Assembly (NCBI RefSeq): GCF_001194135.2
Contig: NC_068990.1
Location: forward strand, 3,375,800 to 3,439,799
From: Octopus bimaculoides
Taxonomy: Eukaryota
Length of the DNA stretch: 64,000 nucleotides
Reading direction: 5' to 3'
Position numbers and translations under genes: made by a program. Shown here piece after piece: positions 38,561 to 51,645 of this stretch (position 1 is the stretch's first letter; each line of letters starts with the position of its first letter). Under the pieces are notes generated by a model. That model had not been told where the DNA came from, did no database searches, and saw only the letters and a list, made by a program, of their open reading frames with translations.

Positions 38561-39068
38561 ATATGTTTCAATGTGTATTTGCGCATGTATGCATACTTCT
38601 GTATTATACGGCCGGGTTAAGGCGGAAATAGACCCAAAGCACTTGAAAGCTTTTGGTGCTCCCATGTATATGAAACTTAAAATAGAAAAGAAACAATAAG
38701 AAACCGTATAATTTTCTTTCGGGTTTTTTTTTTTTTTTTTAGAATGAAACAATACTTACCGTTAGATGGGAGATAATGTTTATTACTGTATATTTTATAT
38801 TTAGAAAAGTTTTCTTCTACTTTGTTTTATTTCCAAAGTCTTTGATCAGATCATCGCTATGACATCATGAACACTTCGAAATTATATTTCCGATCATATA
38901 AACCGCTTCGAATATTATCTTAGCAAGTTTATAGAAATTTCTTTTGTGCCATTCCTACGCTTCAAACATGTGCATTTTTGTATGTGCACATATATACATA
39001 TGCTTACGTACACACACAGACACACACACACACACACGTGTATATATATATATATATANNNNNNNNNN

Positions 39069-39103
<35 letters not shown>

Positions 39104-39734
39104 CCACACACACACGCAAATATAGTGTATATATGCATAATATATGAACAATAGCTATATAGTAGGCTGATGGAAGCTGAATGCGTGAAATGAATCAGAA
39201 TTACTCCAGTGAAATCACATATCAATATATTGGAATGTATTTAAATAAAGACTAGGCATTTTATATACTTGGCATGAAGATCTGAAAAGAAATGTAAATT
39301 TGGCTGGGAAATTATGCAACTCGCATTAATATATTTACAATTGCTTCACCTCAAAATTATGTTATAACGGCATTATACGTTTGTAAATATTAGATGCAAG
39401 CAACAGTAGAGAAATGTGTCCAGTCGAACACACACACGTACCCATACCACTAAAGAGGTCACAGGATGTGTTACAAAAGATTTCAGACAAAGGATAATAA
39501 AATTAAAACAATAATATATATGAAGTGAGGNNNNNNNNNNATTAAAACAATAATATATTTGAAGTGAGGAACGAATATATGGTGCATGTGCTTATTTAGC
39601 AAAAAGAAAAGACAATCCTGAAATATAACAATATCTGTTCAAACACAAGATTTCACATCAGGAATCTTGCAAAAGAAATACGTAGATCTGTATTCATATA
39701 TATATATACATACATACATACATACATACATACA

Positions 39735-39768
<34 letters not shown>

Positions 39769-39777
39769 CATACATAC

Positions 39778-40115
39778 ACTAGCAAGAATCTCCTGAAATG
39801 CAAGCACGGCCCGAAAATCTCCGTTCTGGAGTTCAGTACGGTCTCTGGTACGTGCGTATTTTTCAAGATTCCCATGCGTTCAGCTACACGCATAGCGTGT
39901 AGCGCTTGCTTCCATTGATGTACAGCCTCGGATGGTGGAGGATTTTCCGTGATATCGAGTATGGCTGGCCAGCGATGTTACATATCTCCTTTCCGGGACC
40001 CGAAAGGACGATCTATGGTTGGAAAGACGTTTCTGGGGGGACGTTTCCGCATATCCAATGTAATTCCTTGGATGCGTGGAGTTGGTTTCCTGCCAACTAT
40101 TGCTGCTGGTGATGC
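39778..40115 (-). mobile_element. Penelope-like element 3' fragment (GIY-YIG endonuclease C-terminal half), element 1
   Basis: RNYIGYAETSPQKRLSNHRSSFRVPERRYVTSLASH..YINGSKRYTLC(fs)VAERMGILKNTHVPETVLNSRTEIFGPCLHFRRFLL; ends in (TATG)n. Confidence 0.8.
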
Positions 40116-40139
40116 TGCCGATACATGTATGTATGTGTG

Positions 40140-41585
40140 GAAAAATGCATTGATATTAACTGTGAGTGTGAGATAGCATTTCAAGAAGTCGGCACGATGG
40201 AACTGGGCCTCCTCCTTAAACTGAGCCATGAGAGTAACTATCTAGACAAACATGACCTTAATATACCCTGTCCCACCAAGTCACAAAGGGGAAGACAACC
40301 CACCATCAGCTCAGCGGCGAACAAAAGCACCTCAGAGCGCTGGAGTGGCTGGTCCACACCCACCCATAACACTGAAAACAACAGTCAGGTGAAAGGCGGT
40401 TAGCATAAGAACCACCTTGAAGAACCATATAGTAAAGTTTAATATATGCTGGTTCAAGGTGCTGCCGTTGGTGTCGGTGTAGCTGGAGATGTGGTCGGCC
40501 TCTTCATGACTTGGTGGTACAGAAAACTAAAACAATCCTTAGCAGAACAATCCACAACTGTTTTACATTACAGTAGGTATGTAGATAACATTAACATTCT
40601 CGTTAGGACAAACTCTAGTAACTGCAACGTAGAAACCGAGAGGAGCATAGTGAAGAGCATCCACCATGTAGCTACCTCCATCCACCAAAGTATTAAGGTA
40701 GCTATAGATTACCCCACGAGGCACCATAATAATAAGTCCCTATCCTTGATACTGAACTTTGTTCAGAGACTGTGAACAACAGAGTGCAGCTCCTTTACTC
40801 CAATTACAGGAAACCTATAGCTTCTATATATATTGTTCACAAGAACTCAGTTTTCTTACGCAACATGAAAATCAACATACTGATAGCAGACCCAGTTAGG
40901 ATAGGGAACAACGTGTCCCCACAATGCGAACTCTATGAAACGAAGAAACATGTACAGAACTTCATGCACCGCATGCAATTCTCTGGATATGATCAGAAAG
41001 ATAGTGTTCGAAGATACAGGGGTGCTAGAAAGAAGTTAGATAACATTATAAGCAATAAAACCTGTGGTACCTGCCCTAGATATAAACATAAAGACTGGAA
41101 TAAGATTCAAAGAATTTGTGACAAAGCAAACAGAGTCAACACGTTGTACAAGACCGACAAATATGAAAGAGTGATGTTTGTAGAGGCCACAGTCCATAGA
41201 GAACGAGCCAGTAGATTTAGTTTAGGAAAGCTCGTAAACAGGCTAAACTCAACATTAAGATCGTTGAAAAGCCAGGGAGCTCCCAACTATGTAGGAGATA
41301 CGCCTTTGAGAATACTAGATGCACCAATGATAACTGCATGGTATGTAAATTAACCCTGGTATTAACTGTAGAATTAAAAATTTAGTCTACAGTATAAGGT
41401 GCATAGAGGGTGTTTGTAAAGAGAAGAATATAATATACAAAGGTGAGACATCTAGAAGCATTGCGGAGAGACTAAATGCACATTGGAGATAATATGCCGA
41501 GAATACGTCCTCATTAATGAAACATCCCCAGTACTAAAAAGGAAATATACCTAAAAAGTATCATACACCGATACCCACAGTTTAT
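40140..41585 (+). mobile_element. Penelope-like element (RT plus C-terminal GIY-YIG), 5'-truncated pseudogene, element 2
   Basis: ..TTLKNHIVKFN..QGAAVGVGVAGDVVGLFMTWW..SRYVDNINI..IDYPTRHHNNK(fs)VPILDTEL..YSNYRKPIAS..MQFSGYDQ..IKIVEKPG..CTNDNCMVC..NLVYSIRCIEGVC..IIYKGETSRSIAERLNAH. YVDD decayed to YVDN; at least five frameshifts. Confidence 0.92.
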
Positions 41586-41673
41586 ATACACACAGTGTTA
41601 GTAGACCGTTATATAGGCGCGTGTGTGTATGTATGTGTATATATGCGTGTGTGTGTATGTTTGTGTGTGTGTG

Positions 41674-41706
<33 letters not shown>

Positions 41707-43845
41707 NNNNNNNNNNNNNNNNNNNNNNNNNNNNNNNNNNNNNNNNNNNNNNNNNNNNNNNNNNNNNNNNNNNNNNNNNNNNNNNNNNNNNNNNNNNNNN
41801 NNNNNNNNNNNNNNNNNNNNNNNNNNNNNNNNNNNNNNNNNNNNNNNNNNNNNNNNNNNNNNNNNNNNNNNNNNNNNNNNNNNNNNNNNNNNNNNNNNNN
41901 NNNNNNNNNNNNNNNNNNNNNNNNNNNNNNNNNNNNNNNNNNNNNNNNNNNNNNNNNNNNNNNNNNNNNNNNNNNNNNNNNNNNNNNNNNNNNNNNNNNN
42001 NNNNNNNNNNNNNNNNNNNNNNNNNNNNNNNNNNNNNNNNNNNNNNNNNNNNNNNNNNNNNNNNNNNNNNNNNNNNNNNNNNNNNNNNNNNNNNNNNNNN
42101 NNNNNNNNNNNNNNNNNNNNNNNNNNNNNNNNNNNNNNNNNNNNNNNNNNNNNNNNNNNNNNNNNNNNNNNNNNNNNNNNNNNNNNNNNNNNNNNNNNNN
42201 NNNNNNNNNNNNNNNNNNNNNNNNNNNNNNNNNNNNNNNNNNNNNNNNNNNNNNNNNNNNNNNNNNNNNNNNNNNNNNNNNNNNNNNNNNNNNNNNACAT
42301 ATGCACACATGTACACATGCATGCATATATATATATATACATACATACATACATACATACATACAAAGAAATGAAGAATGAAACACATGACCACGTACAC
42401 ATATGCTCACTTCACACAATGACACATCTGGAGACACACATCGATACACAACAGACGCGCATGCACAGTCACATTAATATGAACGCACACGCACATAGAG
42501 ATGCAGAATACATACAAACGCGCACACATGCATACATATATGTATGCATACACACACATACATGCATACACACATATATGCAGAGTACATACATATGTAC
42601 AAACGTGCACACTTGCAAATATATTTATATATTTGCATACATACACATACATACATACATACATACATACATACATACACACATACATATGTGTGCGCGT
42701 ACGCACACTGACGCACACACATGTGCACAAACAAACAAACAAACAAACAAAGAAGAAGGCAGCTTCGATAACGGACCGAGGCAACGACTATTGAAAAAGT
42801 TGCAACACCCAACGAAAATTTTAGTAAAATATAAATAAGTAAATGAGTGAAAATTGGACCTGCGAGTGTATTAAATTAATAAGGCGCTAAAAGAGAATGA
42901 ATCTCCCCAGACACATTAAAAAATTATTGCTTAATCAAAATTGTTGCTATTTATATTAAACATTTTTTATATCAAGGCTTATTATATATTTAAATTTCTC
43001 TTTTAGATAAATTTATTCATCACTTATTCTCATATTAAAATTACTGTATATATTTTACATCGTTCCAGTGTTATAATGATTTTCCACATTAATAGTTTAA
43101 TAAAATAGTACTATGAAAATTGATTCGATAACAATTCATTTCGATCAAACGTAGTATGATGAGAAATCGATTCCATAAATTTATTTCGTTAATAGTCATT
43201 TTACAAAATGTCATTCTAGAAAATGTCGTTTAATAATTGTGGAACAGATATGATCACACATAGATTGCTATCTTTGTTTTGAAATTGATGAAAAATTGAC
43301 ATCATTTCAGAGTTTATCGAATGATCAAGGAAAGTGTTTGGACGTAAAGTGATGTGCATCGAGATATAAATATAGACAGATATTGACTATTAAACACAAA
43401 CATGTGTACACATAAACATTCACAGACATACGGGAATACACACATATGTACGCATACACATAAACAAACATGTAGAGGCACGCTGGGAAAGTGATAAGGG
43501 CGTCGAAGAGAAAGACTTTCAGTATTGGTCTATCTTTCTGCGTCGACGCCTAAAGCCTGAAAATGTCAACATCGCATTTTCTTGCCAAAGGCTTAAACGA
43601 AATGCTGCATACCATTCGATACAGCACCTTGTAGTCTGTATTTTCAATATGTAGTTTGTATTTCCATGGACTAATCAACTTATAAACTGAATCCGTCGAC
43701 CTAATCCAAAAAGTTAGTCCTTGAGACGTTAGCGAAGATTGCAGGGATTGGCCTATAGCTCTAGTTTGAAGAACTGAGGATACGTTATACCCTTTCTTCT
43801 ACGAGAACGAAAGGCAATTTAAATTAAATGGTTACAGACCTTAGG

Positions 43846-43876
<31 letters not shown>

Positions 43877-43994
43877 TACATACAACCATACATACATAGA
43901 ACCATACATACATACATACATATAACACACACACAGCAACAACGTGTAACTTTCTACTAAATTCCACCGACATGACTATAGACTATATTCTTAC

Positions 43995-44036
43995 CGATAG
44001 AGTCAGACTAGGTTTTTTGAAGCATGAACCATTTGC
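43995..44036 (-). CDS. Candidate 42-nt exon (phase 0-0), ANGSCFKKPSLTLS
   Basis: Acceptor GTTAATTCTTCGTGTCTCAG, donor GTAAGA; only frame 0 is open. Short, so chance is not excluded. Confidence 0.25.
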
Positions 44037-44290
44037 CTGAGACACGAAGAATTAACCGAGTAGATTTCTTATGTATCTCTCCCTCTCCCTCTGGCTCTCT
44101 CTCCCTGTCAATTTCTCTTTCTTTCTCTCTCTCTATTTTTCTCTCTTTCTCTGTCTCTCTCGGTACACACACGCACACACACACACAAACATACACACAC
44201 ACAAACACACACAAACACACACACAAACACATAACACACACACATATACATTTATATATGCATACATTCGTCTACGTACATGATATATAC

Positions 44291-44472
44291 GGCACATGAG
44301 TGGCTGTGTTGTAAGAAGCTTGATTCCCAACCATATGGTTCCGAGTTCAATCCCACTGCGGGGCACCCAAATCATGTGTCTTCCACTGTAGACTCGGGCC
44401 GACCAAATCCTTGAGTGGATTTGGTAGACGGAAGCTGCAAGAAACTCACCGTATATATATGTATATATGTGT

Positions 44473-44551
<79 letters not shown>

Positions 44552-44722
44552 ATCACTACCACCAACATCGCTTGACAACCGATGATGCTGTGTTTCCATC
44601 CCCGTAACTTAGCGATTCGGTAAAAGACTTCGATAGAATAAATGCTAGACTTACAAAGAATACACCCTTTAAAGTGGTGCTCCCGCATGGTCGTAGTCAA
44701 ATACCTGAAACAAGTGAAACAA
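44291..44722 (+). mobile_element. SINE family A, full length, internal (TA)/(TC)n tract
   Basis: GAGTGGCTGTGTTGTAAG...GGTTCCGAGTTCAATCCCACTGCG...CATCGCTTGACAACCGATG...CCCCGTAACTTAGCGATTCGG...CTGAAACAAGTG. Confidence 0.88.
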
Positions 44723-45515
44723 TGCATGTATATACATGTGAATGTCTGTATGTATATATGTATGAATGTATGTATGTTTCAATGTATATGTAGGTATTTA
44801 TGTATGTTAGTATAAATGTGCAATTTTGTAGCTGTTACTTAGTTTACAACCATGTGTGCTGTCCCTCCTCTGTCTGAAATTCAAATTTCCAAAGGGTCAT
44901 TTTCAATTAATTGAATAGCTCTCACGCAGTGATCTACTCTAAGCATTTGCCAATTTTAGCTATTCTCATATTAAAAAATAATGCTAAAGTAAAAAAAGTT
45001 ATATATATATATATAAAGTTATAAGTATATATATATGTATAAAGTTATANNNNNNNNNNNNNNNNNNNNNNNNNNNNNNNNNNNNNNNNNNNNNNNNNNN
45101 NNNNNNNNNNNNNNNNNNNNNNNNNNNNNNNNNNNNNNNNNNNNNNNNNNNNNNNNNNNNNNNNNNNNNNNNNNNNNNNNNNNNNNNNNNNNNNNNNNNN
45201 NNNNNNNNNNNNNNNNNNNNNNNNNNNNNNNNNNNNNNNNNNNNNNNNNNNNNNNNNNNNNNNNNNNNNNNNNNNNNNNNNNNNNNNNNNNNNNNNNNNN
45301 NNNNNNNNNNNNNNNNNNNNNNNNNNNNNNNNNNNNNNNNNNNNNNNNNNNNNNNNNNNNNNNNNNNNNNNNNNNNNNNNNNNNNNNNNNNNNNNNNNNN
45401 NNNNNNNNNNNNNNNNNNNNNNNNNNNNNNNNNNNNNNNNNNNNNNNNNNNNNNNNNNNNNNNNNNNNNNNNNNNNNNNNNNNNNNNNNNNNNNNNNNNN
45501 NNNNNNNNNNNNNNN

Positions 45516-45575
<60 letters not shown>

Positions 45576-48500
45576 TGCACACAGATATCTGTATGCTTCT
45601 GTTTTTATACGTTATTCTGACAATGAAGAAAATCTAAGTATAGATAGTTGTCAATTGAATTAGCTTGTGTTTTAGCTATGTAATAGATTGCCTATAAATG
45701 ATCTAAAAATATTGTACAAGTACAGTTACGCTGAAAAATGTTTGGGAACTAGTTGCAGATGGCGATAGCAATTTGCAGAATATATGTAACCCAAAGGACT
45801 GAGGGGATGTATAGTATAAAATATGAATTGAATCAAATGCACGTCTTGTTTTTGTGAATTCTGTCATTAAGTTAAGTGGTAACAATAATGGACAGGTCAA
45901 TGTATGTGCCATTGTTTACTGAAATATCATGTATTGCTAGGCTGTTATTTCTTTGGAATCCTAATGGCTATGTTGTGTATTCAGACAGGAACACTTGAGA
46001 GAATTCTTGTGACTAGAAGCTGAATGGTTTGTTTTCTTTAAGAAAAACGTTGTGCTCCTATAATGAAACTAGTAAAGCGAGAGTCTATAAATATTGTTAT
46101 ATCATGGGTCCGATTATAAGAAAATAGACTGGAAGCACTTATGTTTATTAACTAGCAATTGAAAATACTATATTATATAGAAAGTCAGAAACTAAAATAT
46201 AATGATATTCACAGAGAAAGAGTGTTACTTGATCGATAAAGAAGAGATGTTTATTCGAAGGTCATTCTGCAGACGTAGTAGCGATAATAACAACTGACTA
46301 TCTTTTAAATGCTAAACACTAAATTTTATTTCCTCATTGAAATCACATATAAACATCGCAGTGTATTTCGAATCATTTAGGCATGGCCCATGCTTTGATT
46401 CATGTGAATATGAAATATTCGGTTGGTTTGGTTCGCAGAAATACTATTTAGAATCAAGAACCTGGAGTAATATATGGGAATATAAAATTAGAAACATTCC
46501 AAATATGAAAAGTAGAATACCGTTGATTTAGAGTGAAGGAAGAAAATGTTGTTTTGCTTTTTTTTCTAAAAACTGCAGACATAATTGTTCTCAAACTAGT
46601 AAACATCAGCTGTGAATAATTCGGTTAATTCCGCTGAGATACAATGAACCATTAAGCACAGCCGTGACAATATCTTGAAAATATGTTTAAAAAAATATTG
46701 ATTGCATCGCGTTAAAACTCAATAATGTTTGTATTTGTGTCATGAAATTTGATAAATTACTAATCTTTTAGAGGTATTCGAAAACATATACACGCATAAT
46801 TTAATCCAGGTTTTTAAAGTTATTAGCTGAGTGCAGTATATTTATCCAAAATGAATGTATTAACAGTTTCAATTAATTGTATTTGACAGAAAGGTTTAAT
46901 TGAATAGATCTTGGCTCTATAATGAATGTTTATTGTATGGACTACCGCAGTAAAGAAATACCAACTACATCTTGTACAATGAAATTGGAGTTGTATAAAT
47001 ATATACTGAAAGTAGTTTCGTATTAAGATCATTGATTTCTTTCGAAATGGTTTTATTTGAAGAAAGAAATTATTTAGTTGGAAATGTAGAACACTTCAAA
47101 ATTTTTTGTGCAATCTTATACTTAGAGTTCAGTAATTATTGCTAAATTCGCCGTGAAATTTGACAGACCAAACCAGTGCTGAAAAGAAACCATTCCGGAT
47201 ATAATCATCCAAGTCTATCTTGGAATACTTTTTGGAATATTCTATCCTTGTTTAAGAAAAGTTAGAAATGATTTGAGGGAATTTCGACATATTTTTGAAG
47301 ATTAATCATTTCCGTATAGTCCAGTTACTTTGATCTCAAGTGTTGCAGCTGTTTTCGCAAAGCTATACATCTAGAAAATAAATTCATCGGAATAATTCTG
47401 TTTCTAATGAATAATAATAGTTGAATGAGAAGATATTACAGTCTGCTTTTAAATTCGAATATTTCCCAATCGAAAGTTTTCAATGACAGAGAAACTGAAC
47501 GTTCTTCTAAACGATTTCAACAGAGGAATGCAAGAGTATACCTATAGAGTAGCTTATTTACATCTACTTCTAACCCCGCACTTTGTTAATGCTGTTGCCG
47601 CTGCTAATGTCCCGAATCACCCTGTTTGTCCAACCCTATCATCAAAGCTCTTCTAGACGTGGCCATTCCGACGGTCAGTATATCTAGACAAGAGAATCCA
47701 AATCTATCTTTCCTTGGTACGCAGTATTTATCCCTAAGTGTTTCTTTTACGCGTAACCCATTTATTAATTTGATTCTACGGGTTTGTAAGCATGGACCAG
47801 TCCTAATTTATATACAAATGATTAAAGACATTCCAACTGTGAACATCCCGTCTCTCAAATACACAACACTTTGAAACTGAAACATTTCATGCATTTCAAG
47901 GTCATCACAAATACCAGAAGAACGGATTATGGGATACACAATATAACAGGCTTTTGTAAGCTGAATACAATCCTCACGGTGTTATGTTTTAACTATTGTT
48001 GTATTCCTTTATAGTGTTCTTTTACTGGTCTAATACTGATCACTTAGCGCGATCAAGTAAATTAAGCACAAGAAACATTAAGAAACCTTGATCAAAATTA
48101 CACTATCCTTGATAGGAATAAACAATTTTTTAGTTCCTCTTGGGCAAGAAAATTAGGAGTCAATCCACTAAAACTTAATACGAAATTAAGCACTTTGCTG
48201 TGGATACATCGCGTCGATGAGATACATCTAGCAGTCGAACTTAAAATTAAGTTTTCGAACTCATATCAAGTTAATGAAGCGAGATGCAACAACCCACCAG
48301 TTTACAATAACGTCCTTCTGTGCATTGCTGTAAGTTATTTCCGTACTCATTTGTATGCTTAAATAAATTAATATTAACGCACATATTAAATTCGATTAAA
48401 GTGGAGAAACATCAAACTGTTGCACAAGTTTCTCCTTCTAAGCATAAATATTTTATTTATATGATTTACAAGTTAGGTGATTATTATTCAACGCTGTCGA

Positions 48501-48675
48501 GAGCAAAGTCAATATTTTCAGTGACAAGAATTCAAAGATTCTATGTAAGTTGTTTCGTGTACAGCATTATTATACGCGACATATCTATTAGGTTAAACAC
48601 ACAGGCGTAAATTTTAGCGTTGGTTAAATCTTTCTATTATTACATCTCCAGGCAAAAATCTATCATGAAGCATAT

Positions 48676-48891
48676 TGGTTCCAAACTTTGGCACAAGGCC
48701 AGGAATTTTGTGGGAAGAGGTAAAACGATTCTACATCGACCCAAGTGTTCAGAAGGAAGTTATTTTATTGACCCCGAATTAATGAAAGGTAAAATCCTCT
48801 CCAGCAGAATTTGAATTCCGAACGTAGAGCCAAAAGAAATGCCGCTGAGCCTTTTGACCGGTACGGTAAAGATTCTGCCAACTGCCGCCTT
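48676..48891 (-). mobile_element. SINE family B, diverged
   Basis: TTTGGCACAAGGCC...ACATCGACCC...GAATTTGAATTCCGAACGTAG...CTGCCAACTGCCGCCTT. Confidence 0.8.
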
Positions 48892-49017
48892 TAAGAAGAG
48901 AACTATTAATAGTAAAAATACATGGGTAATTACTACCTCATTGCAAAACCGCAAAGACTTTTCAGGCTGGATATATCAATTAAGGGATACAAGTTTTTCA
49001 AAGCAAACATACATACA

Positions 49018-49045
<28 letters not shown>

Positions 49046-49048
<3 letters not shown>

Positions 49049-49422
49049 GTTCCAGTTAAGACCTCAATAAAATACAAGCACAACAGACCTGATATAATGA
49101 TTTCGGATAGAGAAGAGAAGCTGTGTACAGTTGTGGAAATTAGCTGCCCTGCGGATGTTAATATAAAGCTGAAGATGAATGAAAAAGAGAATACTTACGC
49201 TGGACTATTGAGAAATCTGCAGTTATTCTATCCAGATTACAAGTTCAGATTTATACCTGTAATTATTAGGTACCTGGGATATGTAACACACTGCCAAAAT
49301 ACCAATCTTGAGAAATTAGACTTTTCAAACCAGAAAAGAGAAAGCTAATTCGAAAGTTACGGATCCAATCCATCACTGGAACTGTAAAAATCTGTAAAAC
49401 TTACCGGCAGTTTATCATTTAG
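49046..49422 (+). pseudogene. PD-(D/E)xK restriction-like endonuclease domain of an RLE-clade LINE
   Basis: VPVKTSIKYKHNRPDIMISDREEKLCTVVEISCPAD..KENTYAGLLRNLQLFYPDYKFRFIPVII..(fs)KLIRKLRIQSITGTVKICKTYRQFII*; RPD..E.S..D pattern of R2/R4/NeSL-type elements. Confidence 0.87.
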
Positions 49423-49770
49423 ATAATTATTAGCATGTCTAGATATGCAACTATATGCATGAGAATAATTACATAAAACATACAAATCTGCACATGCATA
49501 CATACATACATACATACATACATACATGCATGCATGCATACAAACAAGAATACCCTGTTGTTGATATTGAAATTCCAATGAGGGAGCTAGAAACCAGTTC
49601 TTTCTCTATTGGCAAGAAATCTTCAAGAAACTGAATAAGGACATACATACAAAAATACCTTGCTGTTGATGTTGAAATTCTCATGAAGGAGCTTTGGATC
49701 TAGGCTAGAAAGTGGTTCTTTCTCTATTAGCAAAACATCTTGAAATAACACTGATCAATGACATACATAC
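49046..49770 (+). mobile_element. R4/Dong-like non-LTR retrotransposon 3' end (restriction-like endonuclease plus 3' UTR) embedded in (ACAT)n
   Basis: Coding remnant 49046-49422, then putative 3' UTR with (ACAT)n and a two-copy ~110-bp unit. Confidence 0.8.
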
Positions 49771-51612
49771 ACGCGCGTGTGCACGCGTGTGTCTCTGTGT
49801 GTGTAAGGGACGTTGTTTGATTAGTTAGATACAGCGGACAAATTACTTTCAGGTCCTGCTCTAACACCTTCACAATAATTACACACTCCGACACGTGTTT
49901 CGCTATAAACTCATCCTAAAATGAAGAGAGTCACAAATTGGATAACTTTTAATCATAGCCAATGGTTTATAGGTTTTCCAAATCAGGGATAATCTAACGC
50001 TAAATAACCAATCAATCAAACGTGCGGGATGTCGATTTCTCGAACTCTCCAAGTACACTAAATATTTACCGGATCATGTTACCAAACATTAGTAAGTTCT
50101 TTTATAAATTTCAACATAATTCACGTCACGAAGCAATTGATATTCACCAAACTAATTTACACCCCAGTAGTTTTAATTGCGGTCGTCGTTATTACTGTTG
50201 TTGTACCTGCTGTTTTTTTTTCTTGTTTAGCCCCAGGCCAATATTTATGTAGTAGATATACGTTCAAATCCATTTCAACTAAAACCTTCCTGATTTTAGA
50301 TTTCTCGAGGAATTCATTATCTAATTCATCCGCCTCTTCTTCACCACCACAGGAGTTGATTTAAAGGAGGTCTGCCTATTGTCTATGCAAATCGATTGGT
50401 TGTTTGCAGGTAAGAATTCTTTTAAAGACGTGTAAGCATATACATTATAATTGCGTGATATTTTCGTTAGCTTGTAACAATATAATCAAATTCTCACACT
50501 TAAGCTATGGCCCTGGAGACGAATGTCTTATATGCTACGCAAAATATTTGTGGAAAATTAAATAGATGCAGTAGAAATTTGAGATGTTGCTCTGTTGACG
50601 ACCTAATACTTCATATAGCACTCAAATACATTTTATTATTAATGTGTACACACACGTATATATATATATATAGATATAACTTCATTACTTTACATAAGTG
50701 TGTATAAATAAACATATATACTACATGTCTGGAATTTACATTGAATAAACTATAGCGTTACATAATTTGCTTATTGACTTACATTAATAATCCTATAAAT
50801 CGTACATTCAAATTGTTTATGGCAGCTTATGTTCTCTAAATGTGTCACTATTCTTTGAAAGTCCACTATATTAACATATCTTATAGTTCACAATTGTGCC
50901 AAAATAAATCATGCGTAGATCAGTAATTTAAATGATTAAACTGTTATTAATACTCTTCTGATTTGAAATCAATAATATACACCTAACTCTAACTACTGTA
51001 ACGATTATTGCTTTAGATGCATATTTACAATGCACACGGGAATTCACATAACGGTTAATCACATAAACCACACTCATAATCTATACTTAAGTATGCATGT
51101 ATACATTTATGTCTGGCTGTCTAGATATATCAAGGTAACTACATGGCCGGCTATATAATTACGTAATTGCATGTGTTTGTGTGTATAAATACATATTAAG
51201 TTGTGTGTATGTACAGATAATATATATATGTGTGTATGCGTGTAGAGAGAGTCAAAGAGAGACAGGAACAGAGACACAGAGAGAGACACAGAGAGGCAGA
51301 GAGAGACAGATAGAGACACAGAGAGAGCTAGAAAAGTATACACACGCACACATTTATAGATAGGACAAGAAATGTAAAATAAACTTTGAACGTGTGATTT
51401 CAGTAAACACGCAGTCAACAGCGTTGTGAAAAATACATGCAGCAATTAAACTGCGTGGTTTTCTGAATATGGTCAGAAAAGAAGGATGACTTAAATCAGT
51501 TTCAACATTTTTACTACTTTATTAGAGATTAATTATTCAATTTTCTAACAATAGAGAAGCGCAGACAGACAGAAAGAGTGCTGCGTGTGGGCGTGCGTGC
51601 CTGTGTGCGTGT

Positions 51613-51645
<33 letters not shown>

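Noticed and set aside
39502-39569. ~29-bp direct repeat on both sides of a 10-N gap
   Set aside because: Typical unmerged contig overlap or allelic ends, not a biological repeat.
40125-41585. Selenoprotein-type (Naiad) recoding in the PLE
   Set aside because: The endonuclease is C-terminal, not N-terminal as in Naiads, and the interruptions are frameshifts or TAA/TAG rather than conserved in-frame TGA.
48839-49348. 169-aa ORF
   Set aside because: Chimera of antisense SINE, (ACAT)n and LINE endonuclease remnant; not a gene.
49570-49725. TGAAGGAGC...GAAACCAGTT motif in the R4-like terminal units
   Set aside because: Resembles a hammerhead core but lacks C3-U4 and has extra bases before GAAA.
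47658-50409. Plus-strand exon-like segments 47658-47786 and 50353-50409 (also 8532-8546, 23316-23362)
   Set aside because: Good-looking splice signals, but direct joining of the first two creates a stop, the peptides are unrecognised, and such signals are common in AT-rich DNA.
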